A stretch of 54,542 nucleotides of DNA, counting the filler, from Jimgerdemannia flammicorona (taxonomy: Eukaryota): NCBI GenBank assembly GCA_003990765.1. It is 3 parts of 3 records of this genome, joined end to end, with 100 filler letters (N's around TTAATTAATTAA, not from the genome) between each part and the next. Parts side by side here need not be neighbours in the genome. Positions count along the whole stretch, not along the records: positions 18,216 to 36,330 come from RBNJ01002300.1; positions 36,431 to 54,542 come from RBNJ01002301.1; 1 more part is not named here. One strand, given 5' to 3'. Under the pieces are notes generated by a model. It had not been told where the DNA came from. It ran no database searches and worked only from the letters and a program-made list of their open reading frames with translations. Below, one piece after another: positions 34,903 through 49,100 of the stretch. The position numbers and the translations under genes were made by a program. The first letter of the stretch is position 1; each line of letters opens with the position of its first letter.

Positions 34903-36079
34903 CAGAAACTTACAAAATTCAATTATATATTTTCTAACCCATTAGAGGAGAGCTCTCAGAAAAATAAAAATGCCATAGCTTAAACAATCTCTTATTGTAA
35001 AGACTCTAAATATTTTCTAAAGTGTATCAATTCCTTACTCCATATTGATCACATAAACTAGTGAGCCTAAAAACTTTTCCAAAACATCACATTCTAAGGG
35101 TTTTCCAAAATCTAACCTGGGACCAACTCCACCAGATGAAAGGATTGAGGGAATTGCTAAAGCAGCCTCTAACTTTCATCTTAAAGCAGTCAGTAATTCA
35201 CTTGGATTGAAATCAGCAGGAATAAAATTATCTTCTATTTTGCAACAATGTACTAGAAGAACCTGGTAGTGCAAAGAGAGGAATTGTCAGAACAGAAAAA
35301 AAAAAAAACACAACTGATAAGGGATGCTGAGAGATATGAGAGAATGCTGGAGAATATTAAAGACTGACTGTAAGAGATACTTCTCCAAAGAGAGAGGATA
35401 TCATTGGTATAAATTGGGAGTTACCTTTCCAACTGACCTTCAGTTATTCTTACAACATCCCCACTATGGCAAGATAGGTGAGTCTGACTGCTAGAAGTCC
35501 TCCTCCTGAGAGTGAATACTAGAGGCTAGCTGGAAGAGGTTCTCTGCCAAAGCAAGAGTATGTAGCCAGTGTAAATCAGGAGATATATCTCTGATTGACC
35601 TTCTTAAGATACTAAAGACCAGCTATAAGAGGTTCTCCTCCAGAGAGAGAGTACATCTTCAGTGCAAATTGAGAGACACCCTCCCAAATAGTCTTCTGAA
35701 TGAAATACTGAAGACAGACTACAAGAAGTCCTCTTCAGAAATAAGAGAGTATATTTTTGATATAGATCAGAGGATACTCTCCCAACTAGTCTTTGTGTTA
35801 TTAGTATATTATCATGGCAAACATTAGCTTGGCAAACATCAGCTTGGCAAATATTAACTTAGTAAACATCATTATGGGGAATAAATATAACATACTAAAA
35901 GCAGTGAGACAAGGTGAGGTAAGGTGAGACAGAGTGAGGCAGATTAGAGAATATACTATGAAGTATCTTGAATAGAGAGTGCAGATGGTCTTTTCAAGTA
36001 GTGAGGTATATCAGGGGTCAGAATGGAGTATAGACAGTCTTTTCAAGTGGTGATATATATGAAAGATGAGCTGCAAGAA

Positions 36080-36315
36080 ATGGAGAGTGAGGGAAGTAAA
36101 GTAGAGTAAGTGAGAGAAGCAAAGTAGAGTGAGTGAGAGAAATGAAGCAGAGCAAGTAAGAGAAATGAAGTGGAGTGAGTGAGAGAAATAAAGTAGAGTG
36201 AATAAGAGAAATAAAGTAGAGTGAATAAGAGAAATGAAGCAGAGCAAGTGGGGGAATAAAGCAGAGCAAGTGAGAGAATAAAGTGGAGTGAGTGAGGGAA
36301 TAAAGTAGAGCAAGC
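36080..36315. repeat. Degenerate GA-rich 21-25 bp tandem array
   Basis: Units such as GAGAAATAAAGTAGAGTGAATAA and GAAATGAAGCAGAGCAAGT. Confidence 0.75.
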
Positions 36316-36330
36316 AAAAGTCTCTCAAAA

Positions 36331-36430
36331 NNNNNNNNNNNNNNNNNNNNNNNNNNNNNNNNNNNNNNNNNNNNTTAATTAATTAANNNNNNNNNNNNNN
36401 NNNNNNNNNNNNNNNNNNNNNNNNNNNNNN
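36331..36430. other. Artificial contig spacer
   Basis: 44 N + TTAATTAATTAA + 44 N. Confidence 0.98.
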
Positions 36431-36706
36431 TATCCTGTGCAAACGATTTTTGAGAAGAAAAAGGGCTATACGTATTGCTAGGATGATGTAATCGTGTGAG
36501 AGAGTGTTTGACCGTGCATGAGTGAGTGGTATTTACACGGACAAACTGGATAATCAAGGTCCGAACATATAAGGAAAGCGGAAAAGGGAGGCGGGCGAGA
36601 AAGAAAATACGTAACGAAGTTCCGTAATTTAAACAACAACAAGCAATCTCACCCCCAATTCACAGACCAGTCGACATTGTTCAAACACCTTTCACCTACA
36701 TGCTCC

Positions 36707-38885
36707 TCACTCTTCCTCGCCTTCCCAACCCTCCACCAGGACCTCGGGTTCTTTACGTTTCTCCTTAATCGAAAAACTCCACCACCACGTCCCCACAGCC
36801 ATAAAACTCAAGAACGCCCACATAAAATGTACTCTAACGATCCATGGGAATTTCTCTTCGTCCAACGCCCAGCTATACAGAGTCCCGCATAGAGCCGGAC
36901 CGATGGCCCTTATTCCGCTAGCCATGCACTGCCCGAACCCGTTAATGGTTCCGAGAGCGTTGAGGGAAGGCGCTGAATTGGCCACGAGCATTATGGAGCT
37001 GGTGTACACGACGACGCTGCACATGACCTTGGCCGCCAGGCATACCATGAGTCCTACCCAGACGTAGGGACCCTTGAGATGGCGCAGAAATCCCTGACCA
37101 AAGTAGAGTGGGATGTAGACGGAGAGACCGAAGCGAAAAACGGTGAGTGTTCCCCAACGACTATGCAAAAAAGGCCAGAGGAGCAGTTGCATGAAAAGAG
37201 TCATTACACCGCCGAGAGAGAGGGAGATGCCGATGTCTTTGGAGGTGAAACCGAGACCACCATCGGAGGGAGGAGTTGCGGCCCAGATGGAATAAAGGCC
37301 GTCGTACATGATGGTTTGGAAGCAGACGAGGACGTAGGCGGTAATTGTGATGACAACAGGGCGCGTCAGCACCGAGCAGAGGGTTGGTTTGCTGGGTGTG
37401 ATGGTGGTGGGGTCGAGGGTGAGGGTAGAGGAGGGGAGAGGGGAACGGAGGGAGGGCGGGGATGGCTGGATGGTTGGGGTGGAGGGGATGGATATGGATG
37501 GGGGCCGGCGAGCTGAATGGGCAGGAAAGGTGTGATATTCAGCAGGCACGCCGGCGCCGGAGGGCGTCGCGGTTCCGGACATCAGAGGCCGTCGTTCTGC
37601 GACCTTGTCATCTTCCTCACTTTCATCCTCACCGTCCGAATTCCTACTCTTCATACCCAACGTCTCCTCCAGAAAAAAGATACCAAACACCAGTCCGACA
37701 GTGCATAAACTTGCACCGACGAAACATGGCAAGAAGTATGGGTATGTCTCAAGCAAGCTCGTAATCCATCCTCTACCGCCAAACACGGCGGGGTACTTCT
37801 CGACGGGATGGTTGAGGAAGCCGCCAAGGAAGGGACCGACGATGTATCCTATGCCGGATAAGAGTGGCATAAGGGAGAAGGCATGGGCGCGCTGATTGGA
37901 CGAGTGATCAACTGTCAGCTCAGCGATCATGGACTTGAAAGACCCGAGGTTGCCGTTCAGCAGACCGCCGAGCAATCGCGAGGCGAGCGCCCAGGTATAC
38001 GTGGGCGATAAGCCAAAAAGGAGGATTGAGATGATCGTGCCGAGCAAGCCTATGAGTATGACGGGGCGACGACCTACAAATTGGTAGGTGGGGATTTAAA
38101 GGAGGGTTGAGTGATATTGTTTAAAGGTATGAGGAGTTGTTTCGTTGAACAGATCATTGAGAGTCGAGGGGGAGAAACCATACCAATTCGGTCTGATATA
38201 TATCCCCACGGAAGACCTAGACAGTTGATGAGTTAAGAGGATATTTTAGCAAGGAATAGGAATGGGGTCAGTTCCGGCTAAACCTAATTATAAGGTTTGT
38301 CTCGACTGACGAAAATCAATGCAACGATTACAAATCAAATCGTGATCTCTTCCGATCCCTCGCATATCGTTTCTATTCCTCCCATGGCATCATTTTGGTC
38401 GCATGATTTCATTAGATAAGTAACAGTTTTCCGGATGTTCCATGAAACTCACCTGAAAAGAATTGGGCGGCGGCGATACTGGACGCCATGTAACCGACGT
38501 AGTACCCTATCTTATTGAGGTCGTCGGTGATGTTGAAGTCTCTCACCATCTGCGTGAAAAATAATGACGGGAGGTGACGGTTATTAAATCCAATAAGATT
38601 AAGCGAAATAAAAAAATAAAAAAAAATAAAAAAGAAAGAAAAGAAAAAAACCTCCCAGCCAAATTAATACACAACAGGAGTTACTTACAAAATAGATAAA
38701 CGGTAATAGGAGGGTCATGCAGATGGGTTCCTGGAATGAGGTGGTTGGTGGTTTCGGTGAGGACGACGAAGAGCTCGCGAAACGAGGTCACGCAGGGTGG
38801 TTATACGTACAGGGAAATGACAAACACACAGAGTGAACAGCTGCCTTGTGGGGAAGGGCAGATCTCTTGTTCCAGCAGTCGTCAT
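36707..38885 (-). CDS. Major facilitator superfamily transporter (DHA1/TetA/ZIFL-like), 537 aa, 5 exons
   Basis: Exons 38885-38811, 38730-38689, 38549-38453, 38216-38184, 38073-36707 total 1614 nt in frame. MFS motif A WGYISDRIGRRPVI, RLLGGLLNGN, GPFLGGFL, YPYFLPC, multiple TM helices. Confidence 0.92.
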
Positions 38886-40089
38886 GGTTGGGGTATGGTG
38901 TGTGTGCGGGTAAGGATGGGGGCATAAACATGTACACAAAAATGTACGGTTTACTTCTCGAGGCTGACGTGAGTTGTCAATTTTTCCATTCTGGGAAATT
39001 GACATGTTGATTGACGTCAATTAATTAGGCTGAGACGTCGCTGAGCCACCAGTTATTCGGAGATGTTATTGCGTGACGTCTTGTAGTAATGCCCATTCAA
39101 TATTTGAATATTTGGCATAAAAGATTTACAACAACCTGCAAACCAACTGTACCCAAGCAGCCTAAATAATGTTACTAAAAAAAAAGGTATATCTTGTGGT
39201 AAATGAATATCTAACATATACCTTATTTGTCCCATAACTGTCAAAGTGAAGTTAATTCATGTCAACAAAAAAAAAAAAAAATTATGGGTGATCAGTCCCT
39301 ATCTTATTTACTGGCTTACAATTGGTTTGGTGGTTGCCGGCAGACAACTTTGATCAGACGATGCTAGTCACATGGCATTAAGGGTATTACGGCACATCGA
39401 ATTTAGTACACCTGGAGCGGATACCGGTATAATCATTGGCAACCTCACAATCGTCTACACGGAAACTGAAACACTTCGTTCCTTCGGAAATTAAATTTCC
39501 CTTCACAAGATCCATCATGTTTGTAGCCCTCTTGAACTGGCGAAAAATCCAAAATTTCAAGGCATTCAATAATCCATATATATACTAATTTAAGCAAGTA
39601 AAGGGACTGATAATGAGATCGAACAATTCCATCATTAGAAATTCTGTATTTGTTTTTATTTTTAATTGTAGTATTTCTTCCGACCTTGCTGATATATCAT
39701 ATATACATCTACAACTGTAGTGACTTTTTTTTTTTTTTTTTTTTCACTCGAAAGATTACATTTCTGCGCAGAAGTCGTGCTTCCGTTGACAACACACTAC
39801 ATTTGTTCGAAGTTCGGGTTTTCATTTCATTATTCCGCCCGTTGTAACGACGTAGTGGCATAGTGATGTAGTGGTGCGTATTGCTAACTTACTAACGTTT
39901 TTTTCTTCCTGCTCCTTTTCTACATGACTTACCGCCTCTCAACGGGTTTAGTGTGGTACTTCCATCCCTTGGCCTGGTTCAGCGAAGATCTACTTGGCAT
40001 ATTTATAATTTTTTTTTTTTTTTTTTGTTTTTATGTGTTTATTTCGACGTGGTGGGCTTGCCATTCGTATTAACATCGTCGCTGAAAAG

Positions 40090-41130
40090 TCACCGGGAAT
40101 GGCTCATCTCGCTCCAAATGTCATGAGGTTCTTCATCTAAAACTTCAGGTTCAGGTAAAGGTAAAATCCCACATCGCCTTATTCTTATACTCACGGAATC
40201 ACTCATCCTCGATTAGTGCGGTAACCTGGGCGCCAAAAAACGCGCGCACCTACGCCTTCCCCTCCGCTCGGTCATTTCGTCCCAGTTCCATCGCCATCGT
40301 TGTTCCAGGAAGGGTACATGGCACATAACAACGCCGGGCACGTTCCCGTGCACTTCCAGTCGATCAGGATGACGCGCATGCCGCTATTAAAAGTTAAGGA
40401 GACGGACGTCCGTACGCTTGAGGCTGCAGCCCTCGACGGCCAGGTTCTTCAGGTCGAACGTCGAGGCCAGTCGGGCGAAGCTCTCGAATATGTCGCGGAT
40501 GTCGGAGGAAAGAGATTTCGCGGCACACGACTGCGGACAGGTATTCGCGCCAGAAGACCCACGGCCCCTGTTGAGGTCATTGGCGCCGCGCTCTTCGACG
40601 AAGAAAGGGCGAGTGATAACCGAACATGCAAGCCGATTGTGTAACAGCTGTCCGTCCTGTAGAGGCCGCCAATTTTGGGGAATGTGAGGCGGAAGAGATC
40701 GAGGGCGATATAGACTACCTGGCGTAGTACTTGCTGCTTCAGATTCTGTGACACATGTCGCACAAAATCATCCCCGCGGCCTTCTCAAGCAGCATGTACT
40801 CGGCTCCCGACGTCCTCCAGGACAGAAGAATAGATTTGAGGTAATGGAAGGTGGCGACCTTACTCTCCATCTCGAGGTGGTGGAAAACGGGAAATGCAAA
40901 GCGAGCGATACAGTCAGAGCTACCATTCATGGTAAAAAGATAAATATTGAGAGGGGCGACTTCTTTGAGCTAGGTGATGGACGTGCTCAGCTTGTGGAGG
41001 CACTTGCTGGCAGTCTGCTACAATAAGGATATATGAACGACAGAAATTCACTTTTAGTATCGGAGGAGTCGTCCTCTACGTCTGTGGCTTCATGGGGGAG
41101 GGGGGCTCAGCTAAGGTCTACGTCGGTCAT
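40090..41130 (-). pseudogene. APH-family (aminoglycoside phosphotransferase/choline kinase-like) pseudogene
   Basis: Across frames: IYLFTMNG..CIARF..MESKVATFHYL..GAEYMLLEKAAG / LFRLTFPKIGGLY / ILIDWKCTGTCP..YPSW. Several stops and frameshifts. Ends approximate. Confidence 0.65.
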
Positions 41131-43559
41131 CGGCGGGTAATGAGTTAAAGGGGAAAGGTCAAAATCCACATTATTAGTCACAAGACGTATGGGATCATGT
41201 GTCAATGCATTTTCCACTATAAGTTTCACTTCCCAGCATGTTCCATGGCTCATTTTCGCCACAGCACGATAGGCCCGCTCTCTGTCCTCTGGGCCATGAT
41301 GGTTAACCGTCACTAGTTGTCATTTGGATAATTGTCATTCCAATCTCGGTAACCATTGTTAGATATCTAAATATGATTTAGCAGCAATCGGTTCCGAAAC
41401 AAAAGGCGGGTTTAAAGGGATCCTGTCCCATGCGATCAGTTTGAAACATTAAATTCAAATTATGCATTGAGTGATTCAAAAAGGAAATTAAAGAAGTATA
41501 AATAGCAACGGTATTGCAGGTCAGATCCTGTGTCGCCTTTTATACTCGGTTTAGTCGATCGATTACCATTCCCATCTCTCTGTCTACAACATTGAAACGA
41601 GCAACATCTAGTTTCGCACTGTTCCACCGCATTACTATTCCTTGAACTGTGGAACCATACGTTAATAAAGCAATCATCCAGTCGGCAAAACGTATGTTCA
41701 ACATTTATATTAATTGAATGTGAATTAACCCAAAACTGAACTGCCATACAATACTCCACAGAGAATCTAGTGATTGGATATTTCTTCTATAATTTAGATT
41801 TTTGTGGATGATCTACTGGATTTCATGCAAGGCAATTACGATGACTACTGTTCAAATGAAACGAAGCTTAAGCTGCGTTAACATATGCTAATTACTGATA
41901 ATTATCCCATTCTTGAATTGAAGTATGTCTTGTTTTTTATGTTCTGGTATAGCTTAGCACTTGTTTAAATCCGCCTGTGCCTGAGACCATCGACTTCTTC
42001 CTCTCACCTCAAACCAACTGGAGACGAATATTGGCTAGAAGAACGTCCAAGCACCTTAATCGTAATCTTGAATGTTACGCCATTGCTCCTAGCGGAGAGA
42101 TTTCCATCTCCAATGCTTTACACGTGACTTTGTCCTTGCCTCTGATAGTCTTTGCATACTACAAAACTATATCCGGTGCGAACCACACACTTGCATTGTA
42201 CACCACACACCACATTATAAGATATACGGAATAAGATGACACACACCTCTAAAGAAATGTGTATTTATGACCAGAAGATGCTCCCTGCCAGAACTATCAA
42301 CTTCTTTCTTATCTGAGTCACGATCTGTGGGTCAAAGATTTATAGATTTTGGCCGGCTCTCGAGATCCAGCATCGTTCACAGTCCTGCCAAAGAGCCAAT
42401 TTTTTTACAACAATTTATCCATCGTTCTAACGCCCATATCTGTATGTGATACGAATTCTCATCTATTATCCTTTTTTTTTTTTTTTAGTGACCGTCGTAT
42501 TGTTTGAGGCGCGCATGGGACTGTTGTTGGAGAGGATGTCGAGGATGCGAAAATTATTAGGAATGCTGATTTTGTATATAGAAGCAACATATAATTAACA
42601 GGCGACCATCTCAATTCCTCAACGCGTACGCAGGAGCGAAAGATGCCTGCCATAATTTCAGAATATGATTCTCCAAACTCACTGACCTGCCAAGATCTTG
42701 AGTGTCAAGAGGCCTCGAATTTCAAATCGTGCTATGCGGAGAAAACCCGGAGGTTGCAACAAGATATAATAGGAATAAAATAAGCCAGTCTACTCTCCAA
42801 TCATCTGGAATATCCACATGTGAGCCCGCCTTATGTATCAGCGCTTACATAATATTTCGATTTCCGGCATGCACCAGAAAGCTCTTTGCCTTTTATAAAC
42901 AGCGCATTGTTTCCTGCCCCTTACATTCTTTATCTAAAAGCCTTGTACATATTAATGCCTCTACTTACAATAGAGAAAGCATAGAAAAATTCGATTGTAA
43001 ATGCTGCATTTGTATCTTCACAAAATCATAATAGATACATATCTAGCTAATCTGAGTATATCTGGATATGAAATAGCTGTATTGTAGAATACTTAAAAGA
43101 TAGGTGGAGAGAAGCAGCATTTTTATTAATACTAACTTATGTGCTTTTACATATACTGATGATGTTTACAGAATGATGTAGTCTGGCTGTGCCCCACATA
43201 TTGAGTTGCTATAACTAAGATATTTCAACACTCCTGCTCAATGAGATATATGTCCCAGAATATACAAATAAAAGAACTAACTAATTATGACCAACTGGAT
43301 GCTATTTAGATGACTGAAAAAGCTCAAAATTCCCTGCTTATAAGTATGAAAATAGATAAACAAGGTAGTGATAAAATGAAATCCTAAGTAATGTTAATAA
43401 TGTAAATCCAGATCTATTTACAAATAAAATGATATAAGCAATATTAAAGAGATATAATTGCAAGATATAGTGAAAGGCCTTTTAGTGTTCTGAAAAACTT
43501 TCAATTATTACTGTATTATTATTATTACTTACTGCTTGCTGAGGTATAGTTCCCATTAG

Positions 43560-44321
43560 TATAGAGTTGTCCATAAGTCTCATTTCTTATATATATAAGT
43601 CAAACTTTGCCTTTGAAAGAACTTTAGTCAATAAATCTGTCATCATATACTTCATTAGAGTGTATTCTAGATATATAGTGCTGTTTTCCACATATTCTTA
43701 TATGAAATAATATTATATATCAATATTTTTTATTCTTGCATAATATATAGAGTTCTTTACTATAGTAATTATCGATTAATTATCTTATTGGAGTAGTATA
43801 GAGTGCCATTGATTATATTCTATGTAACTCTTTTAGCAGTTTTCAAAGTTATATAGCTTCCTTTATTACTATTGACAATGCTTGATACTCTACTTGTATA
43901 AAGGATATTACCACTGAGGATTTCTTGTATATTTGCTACAAAATAGCTCCATTTTTGCTAATTTTGAAGAGATATCTGGTCATAGACTATCTGTCATTCA
44001 GGTTACTGATCTAATTAGTATTACATATATCAGATAATCTTATAGCACTCCTACTTAATCTGTTATTACTTGAATATAGTATATAGTATACTATATCTTT
44101 GATATATCTTAATTATCATCTAATGTGAATTATTATATCAGAATGAGTACTATATCACTTTGTTGACTATATATGATATATCAGACCTTATCTTGAGTAT
44201 AAGATATATAAGAGATCCCACAACTTACTGATAGGAGATATTATTATTTTTAAATATAGTATTACTAAACTTCTTAGTCTTACAGATATCTCTATAGGGA
44301 CTCTGATAGGTTTGTATTTAC
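43560..44321 (-). mobile_element. Ty1/Copia relic, RT C-terminus and RNase H
   Basis: VGSLIYL..RSDI; DN*SII..KN..ARIKNIDI*YYFI*E..MMTDLLTK (deaminated DNQSA..RTKHIDI..ADLLTK). Confidence 0.8.
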
Positions 44322-45776
44322 TGTTACGTAGTGGTCGCTGAGTCCTTCAAATATGTCAGATTCTCTTCAAGGTATATCTCTTAGACTAACTCAAGTTGTT
44401 ATAAGCAAGTTCTTATTGGAGTGCCTTCTCAAGATCTTATAGTCCTCTAACTTCTTATCTTTAACTATCTTGTTATCTCTTAGATTGCTTGCAAGGAAGT
44501 GTGTGTATTGCACTGAGAGGAACTGACTTTATTTCAGAGGAAATAAGAGAGGTATTTATACAAAATATAATTCAATGGTTGCTAAGATATAAAGCTAAAT
44601 ATAAATTCCAATAACTAAAACTACTAAGTTCTAGAGCTGGCATTATTTAGTGTCACATCAAAATACTGGTGCTGGAATAATTTTGCATTACCTCAGAATG
44701 CCGGTGCTAGTATTATCCAATATAACAAAGAACTTAGAGCAGAAAGTTCAAGATTATAGGGGCTTCATCATCATCATCACTGAAGGAGATGAGATCCATG
44801 AATTTATCCTTTTCACATACTTCGATGTTATGTGGGATGACGTCATCGATGACATCATCATGTTTGGCTGTGGTGGGGAAATCGGGGACAAGGTCTGGAG
44901 CTCTCCAGTCTATGAGGTTCTCTTCCACAAAATAAGGAACAAATGTGGGGTCTTGGGGAGATCTAACCCAGATGCTTGGGCCTTAGAATACTGAGATCAA
45001 TTCTTGCAGGAATTGATCTGGGTTGTCCTGAAGAATAGGGTGCCAGAAGTCTTCTACTTCTTTGCTATTGAGGGTGATAGTGGACTGGGCTTCTGTAGCC
45101 ATCCTGGCTTCTAGTGCATTGATACGGTAGGATGATAGGTCTCTGAAATCTGAGACTCTAACATACTCCAAGTTGGGGATCGACCATGGTGCATGTCTGA
45201 AGATCTGATAGATCTTCTTAGCTGTCCTTATTTTGCATATATCCATGGGAGTGGCATCTTGTAGCTATTGGGTGCTGGCCTGTGGGAACTCCCAGCAGAG
45301 GAGGTTTCCTATTTCATACTCCTGCCATATTTGGAGGCATTTGGTAGCAATGGTGATCCTTGTTTCCATTTCACGGCAGTAGAGGATAAAGTGATAAGGG
45401 TCTGCAGTACTCAGGTTAACACTAGGAGTCCTTCTTGAGTGGGTCCTTATAGCTCTTCTGATGTCTTGAAACATCCTTTCCTCGACTGAGATACCTTGGT
45501 GATTCCTTGACCTTGAGGTTTGGCAGGCGGCAGGTATTTTGTTTGTGGTATATCTTTGAGCTATTTTGGGATTGGTGGTTCTTGTTGGTTGCTGCTACTG
45601 CAATTCCTTGATTCTTCTTTTATATTCTTCAGGATGCTTGTGCTGTGGTCACAATGACTCACAGTTGGTCATCATTGCTTATCTCATATGCCATATGATC
45701 TTGTGCTCCGATCTGATGGCTTATAAGGAAAGGCTATCTCCTGTGCTGATGTCATCATTCTGGAGTCACTGTTACA
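44322..45776 (-). repeat. 3' LTR of element 2 (1455 bp)
   Basis: TGTTAC...GTTACA; matches 51480-52933. Confidence 0.95.
44734..45537 (-). pseudogene. LTR-encoded accessory ORF, 3' LTR copy
   Basis: ORF-track pieces 45265-45474, 44983-45246 and 44734-44928 share one frame. Start mutated to ATA; two internal stops. Confidence 0.8.
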
Positions 45777-46129
45777 TCTTCCTCCTGAATAAGAATCTTC
45801 CTGAGTATCCTTATTCATTGGTCCAGTCCTGAAAAATTTGCTGATCCCATAACCTCTAGCAAGGGGTCAAAAACTGGTATTTATGGGCTAGCATCTTCTC
45901 TTTGTATTTTGGCATGATGGTGAAGGGTCGCTCCCTTCATATAGAGCAAGGGCCTGATTCTGATCTTGACCAATCAGTTGATAGTTCGAACTCCTCTGAC
46001 TGTGAAAGTCTCATGGATGAGTAGTTGCCAGTGCTATATCCCTTAGAGAATGGTCCAGACAGATAGCCTGCTAGTCACGGGATATGCTATTATGATTCAC
46101 AGACTAGAATCTCATGGGCGGTCATCACA

Positions 46130-49100
46130 TTTTGCTTCTTTTGTATAGGTTCATAGTACTTCTTGAGTCTATTCCTATGTACCATGGTAGGCAGTATGGT
46201 CCCTGAGATTTTTCTAAGCCAGAAGGTAGTTTTCTTGATATCTTGCACATAGAAGGGTCCTTCCCATTTGGGCTCCAGTTTTTATGACCATGAGGCTTCT
46301 ATCATATTTCAATACAGTAGAACCTTTTCTCCAATTCAGATAGGTTCTAGGGCCTTGTGATTCTTTTCCACATTCTTCCTTGTCAGTGCTTGTGACTTGG
46401 TGATGTAATCTTCAGCCTTCTTCCTAATTTGGTGTAGTCTCCGGATTTCTGCATCAACCCATCTCCAAGTTAGGTCTAGATTTATGACTGAGGTTCTATT
46501 AGAATCTTCTTCTCTGAAGAGCAGCTCTCTTGGGGTAAAATGTGTACTCTGTGACCATATATCTCATAGAACAGAGAGGGCAGTTGGGAGATAGTTATCC
46601 CAATTATCATATATCTCTGAGATCTTTGCTAGGATGTTCTTGAGGGTCTTATTGGTTCTCTCTGTCTGTCCATTTTCTTGAGGGTGGTATGTAGTGGTCT
46701 CGATGTACTGGATCTTGTATTTCTGATACATTATCTTGTGGAATCTATTGACAAATTCTGTGCCATGGTCTGTTGTGATTTGCTTTGGTGTCTTGTAGTG
46801 GCAGATGATTTCTCAGTGTAGGAAATCGGCTATAGAGAGAGCATTGGCTTCTTGTAATGCTCCTGTCTCTATCTATTTAGTGAAGAGGTCTACAATAACT
46901 ATAATATAGTGGTTTCCTGATAGTGTTACTGGTAGTGGTCCAATGATATCAATTGTGATGTGGTGGAAGGGGATAGGTTCAATTCTTGATGATCTGGGTG
47001 CCTGGTCTTGCTGATCTTGTTTCTGTTTTTGGCACTTGTCACACTCTTTGACAAATTGGCACAGGTCTTCTTCCATCTTGGACCACCACATGGTTCTTCT
47101 TGCCTTGTCATATGTGTTGGTTCCTCCTAAGTGTCCTTGCTCATGTACTTCCTTCATTACTTGATACTTCTTGTATTCAGGTATTACTAGCTTTCCTTCT
47201 TTCCTGAGTATAGTGTTGTCTAATTCAAAATGTTTCCAAGTCTGGTTGATGATGGTGATTGTCCAGGGTTTGAGATGGTTGGGCATCTTCTGCTGCTCAA
47301 GATAGCTAATTAATCCATAGTATAGCTCCTTATTCATGTTGAATAGTATTGATAGAGATGTTTCAGGGTATCCTTGAGAGTGCATCGGTATTGGGGTTGG
47401 TCTTTCCTGGGCAGTGCTTGACAGTACAGTCATATTCTTGCAGTCTGTAGATCCATCTGACATATATTCCTTTGGGGTTCAGAGTGTGAAATAGCCAGAC
47501 AAGAGCAGAATGGTCTGTTTGAATAGTGAAGTGTTTTCCAACTAGGTAGTAGTGGAACTTGTCTACTGCCCAAACTACTGTTAAGCATTCAAGCTTGCAT
47601 GACTCATAGTTCTGTTCTGCTCCACAGGTACCTCAGCTTACATAGGAGATGACATATTCATGTCTATCTTTCTTCTGAGCTAGGACCACTCCAAGTCCTA
47701 TAGCACTCACGTCTGTCTGCAGGATGAATTCTAGGGTCCAGTCTGATCTTCTGAGGATGGGTGCTTGGGTCAACCTGGTCTTGAGTTCATTGAAGGTTTC
47801 TTGGCACTCCTTGGTCTATTTGAATTTGGTCTCCTTCTTCAGTAGCTCATAGATAGGTGCTGTAATGTTAGAGTATCCTTTGATGAATCTTCTGTAGTAG
47901 CTGGCCAGTCCAAGAAAGGCATGAACTTCTGTAGTTGTTCTGGGTCTTGGGTAGGCTGCAACAGCCTCGATCTTCATGGGGTCTGTGTGGATTCTGGTCT
48001 GGTTGATGAGGTGTCCTAGGTAGGCGATTTCTTGAGCTGCAAACTTGCATTTCTTGGGCTTGATGTAGAGGCCATGCTCCTTGAGCCTCTTGAGGGCTAG
48101 CTGTATGTGATTGACATATTCCTGTGCAGTGTTGCTGAAGATGATCACATCATCAACATAGACAAAAAGCCATTTTCCAATCTCATTGCCGAAGACTCTG
48201 TTCATCATTCACTGGAAACTTGCTGGGGTATTGCACATTCCAAATGGCATTCACAGATAGATATAGGTGGCATCAGGTGTGATGAAGGCTGATTTCTCAC
48301 TGGCATCTTGAGTGAGACCGATCTGATGGAAGTCTGAGAACAGATCCAAGGTAGTGTAGTATTTGGCTTCACTTCCAAGGGTGGTAAGGATTTCTTGAAT
48401 ATTCAGTAAGGGCTGCCTATCCTTCTTGGTGATGGCATTGAGTTTCCTGTAGTCAATACAGAGTCTTGGTGCAAACTCTCCAGGCTTGCTTCCTTTCTTC
48501 AGGACAAGGATAATGGGTGAGGCCCAGGGGCTGATAGCTTGCTTGATGATTCCAGCTTCTTCTATTTCCTTGAGTTCGGCTTGCAGCCATTCTCTGTAGG
48601 CAGGTGGTATGGGTCTGGCTTTCTGATAGATAGGCTTGGTATCACCAGTGTCAACTTCATGGTGGTACTTGGGTTCTTGATTATGGATATCCCTAAAGTC
48701 TGTAGCAAGTACTTCTTTATTCTGGTACAGAATCTTGAGAAGTTGTTCCTCTAGGGGAAAGTTTTCTCCAATGGTATATGTGTGCTTGTTCTGATCCTTG
48801 TCTTTCTTGTGCTCAAGTTCAGTAATCTTGGTGGTGGCATAGGCTCCTCTTCCAGTAGATCCAAAGCTTTGTTCTCCTCTCTTGGTCTTGATAAGTTCAG
48901 TGGCCTCTATGATCTTGGGCTTCTTGATTTCGTGGATCAGCATCTGGCCAATCCTGTCATGCTTCTTGACTTCGAAGGGAGTGGTGTGGTTGTGATTTCT
49001 GACTATAAGAAAAATCTCACCAGTGTAATCAGGGTCAATTACTCCTCCTTTAACTGAGATTTCACTTTTGGCCAGACTGCTCCTGGTCTTGATAATTCTG

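Noticed and set aside
41960..43030. Possible decayed F-box/LRR gene on the minus strand
   Set aside because: Only vague fragments (FSIVSR, IFRSCVRVEELRW); no convincing ordered motifs.
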